Shown piece after piece: positions 59,651 through 64,000 of a DNA stretch of 64,000 nt (positions are counted from its first letter, which is position 1; every line of letters starts with the position of its first letter). The translations under genes were made by a program, and so were the position numbers. Under the pieces are notes generated by a model. The model saw only the letters and a program-made list of their open reading frames with translations. It ran no database searches and had not been told where the DNA came from. This DNA comes from Neoechinorhynchus agilis (Eukaryota; Animalia; Acanthocephala), in the NCBI GenBank assembly GCA_051530055.1, contig CM121342.1:10803480-10867479 (forward strand), given 5' to 3'.

Positions 59651-60346
59651 TATCAAAATATGGTAAGCATTGAGTACAAAAGTACGAACGAGTTTAAAAG
59701 CGGCTATGGAGTGTTGCAATAATTGACCTTAAGATTTAAGGAAGATGTTTTGCTCGGCTAAGTGCTTGGAATTTCAAAGTTTATACTATGTTTCTTTGTA
59801 AGGAATCATGTCCTTTGTCAGTTCACATGTTTATCAATTCTTTGAGTTGAATAGATAGTGTGAGACTTTTGGTGCCCATGGATAATGAAAGTACCGTTTT
59901 AACTTTGGTTAATTAAAAAGAAGTGAATTTTTTGGGCATGTAGCTTCATTTTTGGTAGACAAGACTCGGCTTTCATTTTTTAATTGAAGTTGTAATAGGG
60001 GCAACGGTAAAGGTAGAGCAGACATTTTCTCACATTTTCGAGCGTATTAAAATGCGATTTAATTTCGTACCAGAAAGAAGATTAATGGGTGGGAGAAAGT
60101 CAAAAGGATACGCTGATGGATCTCCAAGTGTCTAATGTTCGAACTCCACGCCAAAACGGGGAAATAAATGCACCTCCTAGAATCAGTAAAATTGGGGATC
60201 TGATAAAATCTGTAAGCTATAAAAGTTTCTTAAATTATCATTTTTCGTTTTTTTACCAAAATGGGATTGCAAGAGCCGGATTAAATATTTTGCATCTGTA
60301 AGTATTGCCTCAATGAAGACCAAATCAGAAAATTTTCCTCTCGTGA

Positions 60347-63300
60347 TTAAGAAGTTATTGTGTGGTTTGCTTGGTATGAATCTAAAATAAGCAATCAACT
60401 TGAGAGAGCCAATAATCGAATTTTTTCATACCGATTGCGTACTTGAATAACGAGTAGAAACAATTCCATGTCACTTCAAAGGAATGATCTGAATCGATGA
60501 ATACTGCTCCAATAGATGACTCAATAATATCGGCAAGATATTTTGGGCACCCAAGATATCCATCTTTTTCAAGCAACGTGTAATCGAATTTACTAAGTTC
60601 CATATTCTCCGGGCTGACTTCGTTTAAGCTACCGATAAAGATTTCGGTTTCGGATTGTATGGATTGTGTACTAAACATTAAGTGTTTGTAAACACCTGAT
60701 AGCACGGAGACCGTAGCCATTAGTTTATTAGATACCAAATATTGCCGAAAATTTGTGAGTTTATCGGGAGTGAAATGAACAAAATTTTGGAATCCATAGC
60801 ATGCTGCGAAATAATCAATCACTGCATCACCAAGAAACTCAAGTCGTTCATAACATGGTGTCAGATTGTTCATCATTGCGGAAGGATGTGTGATCGCTTC
60901 TATTAACAATTTCCGTCTTTTAAATTCGTAGCCCAGTTTCGCTTCCATTTCATTTAGATTACTTTGCTGCCAAAGGCCATCTACAGTTTTCAAACATTGA
61001 ATCGGATTATCAAAATCATTAACAAAATTTACTTCGGGGCTGTCCATTAGAAGAGGCTGTCCAAGAATTATAGAGCATAACTTCACTGTCTCACTCATTG
61101 AACGCGTAGCCAGATGAAACATTCCTAATATCGCTTCGACCGAATCTGATAGCCTTTTACATTTCATTTTTCGTTTTTGCGGACTCGAATCCACCCACAG
61201 TAGAAACTCGAATTCAGTGGTGGAATAGTGTTTTACGCTCTGAGTTGCAAGATACTCCGCCAAGTTTAGTTCAACGCCTCGTTTGTGTAGAAATTCGTTG
61301 TTGATGAGTTTTGTTCTTTCAATGGATAAGACGTGTTCATTTGACAGTTGAGCACTGATCGCACAAAAACAATGAATACTAACTACCACCTTTAGTAACG
61401 AATCCCCCAAATATTCCATTCTCTCCAAATCGAATTCAGATTCCGTCGATTTCAGTGTTGTCGAAATGTTCACACCATGAATAAATGCCTCGCTTATTAT
61501 TCCCTTCCGAAATTTTTGAAGCACCTCTGATTCTCCGTCTATAAGGCCTTTTTTTGTTGGCATGATCACTTTTTCCCATTCCTCGCCTGTTAGCGGAAAT
61601 TTTGTTAAACGCTCAAATGTGTAACTGGGCACATCGGCATATAGTTTGAGAATTAAATTCAAACTCAACTCCTTTGATCGATTTATCCGTCCGATTTCTT
61701 TTGCTACTGATAATAGAATTCGGGTGCCTTGAATGTGATCGAGAGTGGTCGGGAGCACTGTCAACACTTCTCTGGGAAACGCAAGTTTCTTGCTTTTTGT
61801 TTCGTTCCTTGACATCGAGCAATAGATCACCGGTGAGTTTGCGTCCTTGAGTTCAATATTGTACATTCGCATCGTTGATGCAAACAAAATTAGAATTTTA
61901 TTTATTTGAGCTGATTGACATTGAATTGGTGCATTTCAGAATCGAATTAAATTTTAACATATTTCATTCTTTTTAGCCGACATTTTAATCACGATTATTT
62001 GGTCAATGAAAGAAATAAAGACTAATAATGTAAATTAATACGTTCAAGATATCACTCGAACTTTCCAACCCTTTCTATAGGATCATTTGAATTTTGACAA
62101 AAAAATCAAGAGGTTGTGAACGAAAATATTTGAGATAACAAAGTCGAAACATCAACGACGAGAATCCTTAACGGCGCTTAAAATACTCCACCATTGTAGA
62201 ATTGACTTTTCCCCCGATCGTCGAGTTAATATTCTTTTTGTCATCTATCGCCGCCACATACATTATTTTTTCCACTCTATCGTTTTTATAGTTCGTACAA
62301 ACACACGATCGCAGACCCAATTCTTTAACTTGTCCAACATTCCATTTGGACAATTGTTCGCTTAAACGCGTTACCGAAAAGTATTCAAGAATCTTAATAT
62401 CCATTGAATCATTGTTGATAGGAACAACATAGAAAGCGGGTATACCGATTGTTCCTTCCCATAAAGATTGATTTTGAAATGTGATTGCTATGATGTGATT
62501 GGTGAATGCACATAGCTTATCATTTATATTAGCGTCTCTGTACAAATTCACAATACGTCGCAATTTCACGGGGAAAAAACTGTTGCTACTTAGATCTTTT
62601 ATTCGAACAGAAACTCCATTATCGAGCTCTTCGTAGGTTGCAATACCAACTGACAATAAACTGCCGTTCTTTTCCAAAGAATAAATATTGAGGTGAGAAT
62701 CATCGTCACATTTAAAGAGGTGGCTTAAAGGACGCTGAACGAATCTAAATCCGCCATCTTTGAATTTCTCCATTTCTTGGGATCGCCGATACATGGATTT
62801 TTTCTCCAAATACACCTTCGGTAAAAGCTCATCGGTCAATTCGCCTAAAAATTAAATTTAAAATTTGCGACTTATTAAAACGCTGTTAAGACCTTCTTTG
62901 TAAAGAGCCTGGCAAAGTTGTACACATGCCGCAAGCTTAGCAACGCGTTTAGACCTGCTCCTAGGTCCCTAGGCAAAATCAAGGTTGGTAGAACTTCTTT
63001 GACTTTGAACTTACGATTGTGACCCACTGCTTCATGTGACAGTTATGGGGCATTAGAATAGCGCATCGAAACTGACCGTCTCCTTCATCATTGATGAGCA
63101 TAACAGGTAAAGCAACGCCACTTGTCGTCATAGAAATCCCGATAGCGTATTTGTAAAGGATAGTGATGCATTTAGCTGGATCAATGTGAACATTGCCGAC
63201 AACGGTTAAAATCGATAAACTCTTATGATCTGCTAGGCCGATTTGCCTTAGTTCTTTAAGTTCTTCGGTGGTCATTTGTAACATTAGGTCTTCAGAATGC

Positions 63301-64000
63301 AGCCCGTTAAACTCCAATGTGCTCGTGTCCACCAACAAAGAATTTCTTGATTCTATGTGCTGAGGAAGTTGGAAAGAAGTAAATTTACGAATATGTGTGT
63401 GCATGTAGTCACGTTAAGATTCAAGTACCTTTTCGATCAACTCGAATTCTCTTAACGTTTTCTGGCACATATAAGCGTCATATTTCTTGGACATGATGGC
63501 AAAGAGTGCTCGACTTTGTCGAGCTCTTCCCTAAAAGACCATAAAAATAAAAGTGCAGATCCAAAAAACTAAAACACTAAGACCAACCTTCGCTTGCTGA
63601 TAAAAAACGAAATTATTTGTGAAATAAGTCATTATGATAAGATTGCACGACGGAACATCGATGCCTTCGTGGGCGATTGATGTGGCGACCATAACGTTCG
63701 AGATATTTTCTCGAAATGACTTTAAATGTTCAATTTGAGCTTTGCACGTATTCGCATTTGACCACAGATCGGCTCCAGACTGCACAAGATGCATCGGTTT
63801 AATCCAACGAAACTCTTCAGACAACTCGGCAAGACACTGCAGCATCGATGTTAAGCCGTAAGCGGAAGCTCGAGTATCCACAAATATCATGGCATGAAGA
63901 TTAATGTTGGTCTGGTGATGGGAACGAAGAACATCAACTATTTTTTTGAATTTTGGCGTGGTCAGTTTAAATAGCGAACTTTCATCACTAGGTCTAGACT
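60347..64000 (-). CDS. Dcr: Dicer (5' part outside the window); exon structure around PAZ and the C-terminus not fully resolved
   Basis: Helicase-C VMVATSIAHEGIDVPSCNL..QAK|GRAR; dimerisation domain; platform/PAZ; RNase IIIa ERMEYLGDSLLK; RNase IIIb LGYEFK..YERLEFLGDAVID..LADIIESSIGAVFIDS. Confidence 0.92.

Overview
This is eukaryotic (animal) DNA, AT-rich, with very short (~45-60 nt) GT-AG introns. The organism cannot be named from the sequence alone. The window is a repeat-rich, partly decayed region. It holds three near-identical, intronless 846-aa PIWI-clade Argonaute ORFs with the DEDH catalytic residues intact, each in a copy of a 5-8 kb segmental duplication; two copies also carry a Cys/Pro-rich secreted protein. 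A Dicer gene begins ~8.5 kb beyond the third PIWI. Other host genes: ALG6, SOCS (SH2 + SOCS box), a small zinc-ribbon ORF, a 1643-aa acidic repeat protein, a reduced 7B2/SCG5-like gene absent from the ORF track, UNC-93-like, a kinesin, TYW5 split inside its Fe-binding HxD motif, and a disabled PABP. Retroelement debris includes two Penelope-like elements, CRE-like and other LINE fragments, Gypsy pol fragments, and an R2 3' end still joined to its 28S rRNA target site. The most striking signal is a dispersed family with a tRNA-Ser/Leu-like (SINE) head, six copies in the window. It carries all three strands of a hammerhead ribozyme core in a non-circularly permuted order (GAAA strand, CUGAnGA strand, cleavage strand), with compensatory changes between copies. 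A conventional minimal Penelope hammerhead and a second, variant hammerhead-like inverted-repeat family are also present. All calls were made by eye from the sequence and ORF track; no searches or folding programs were run.
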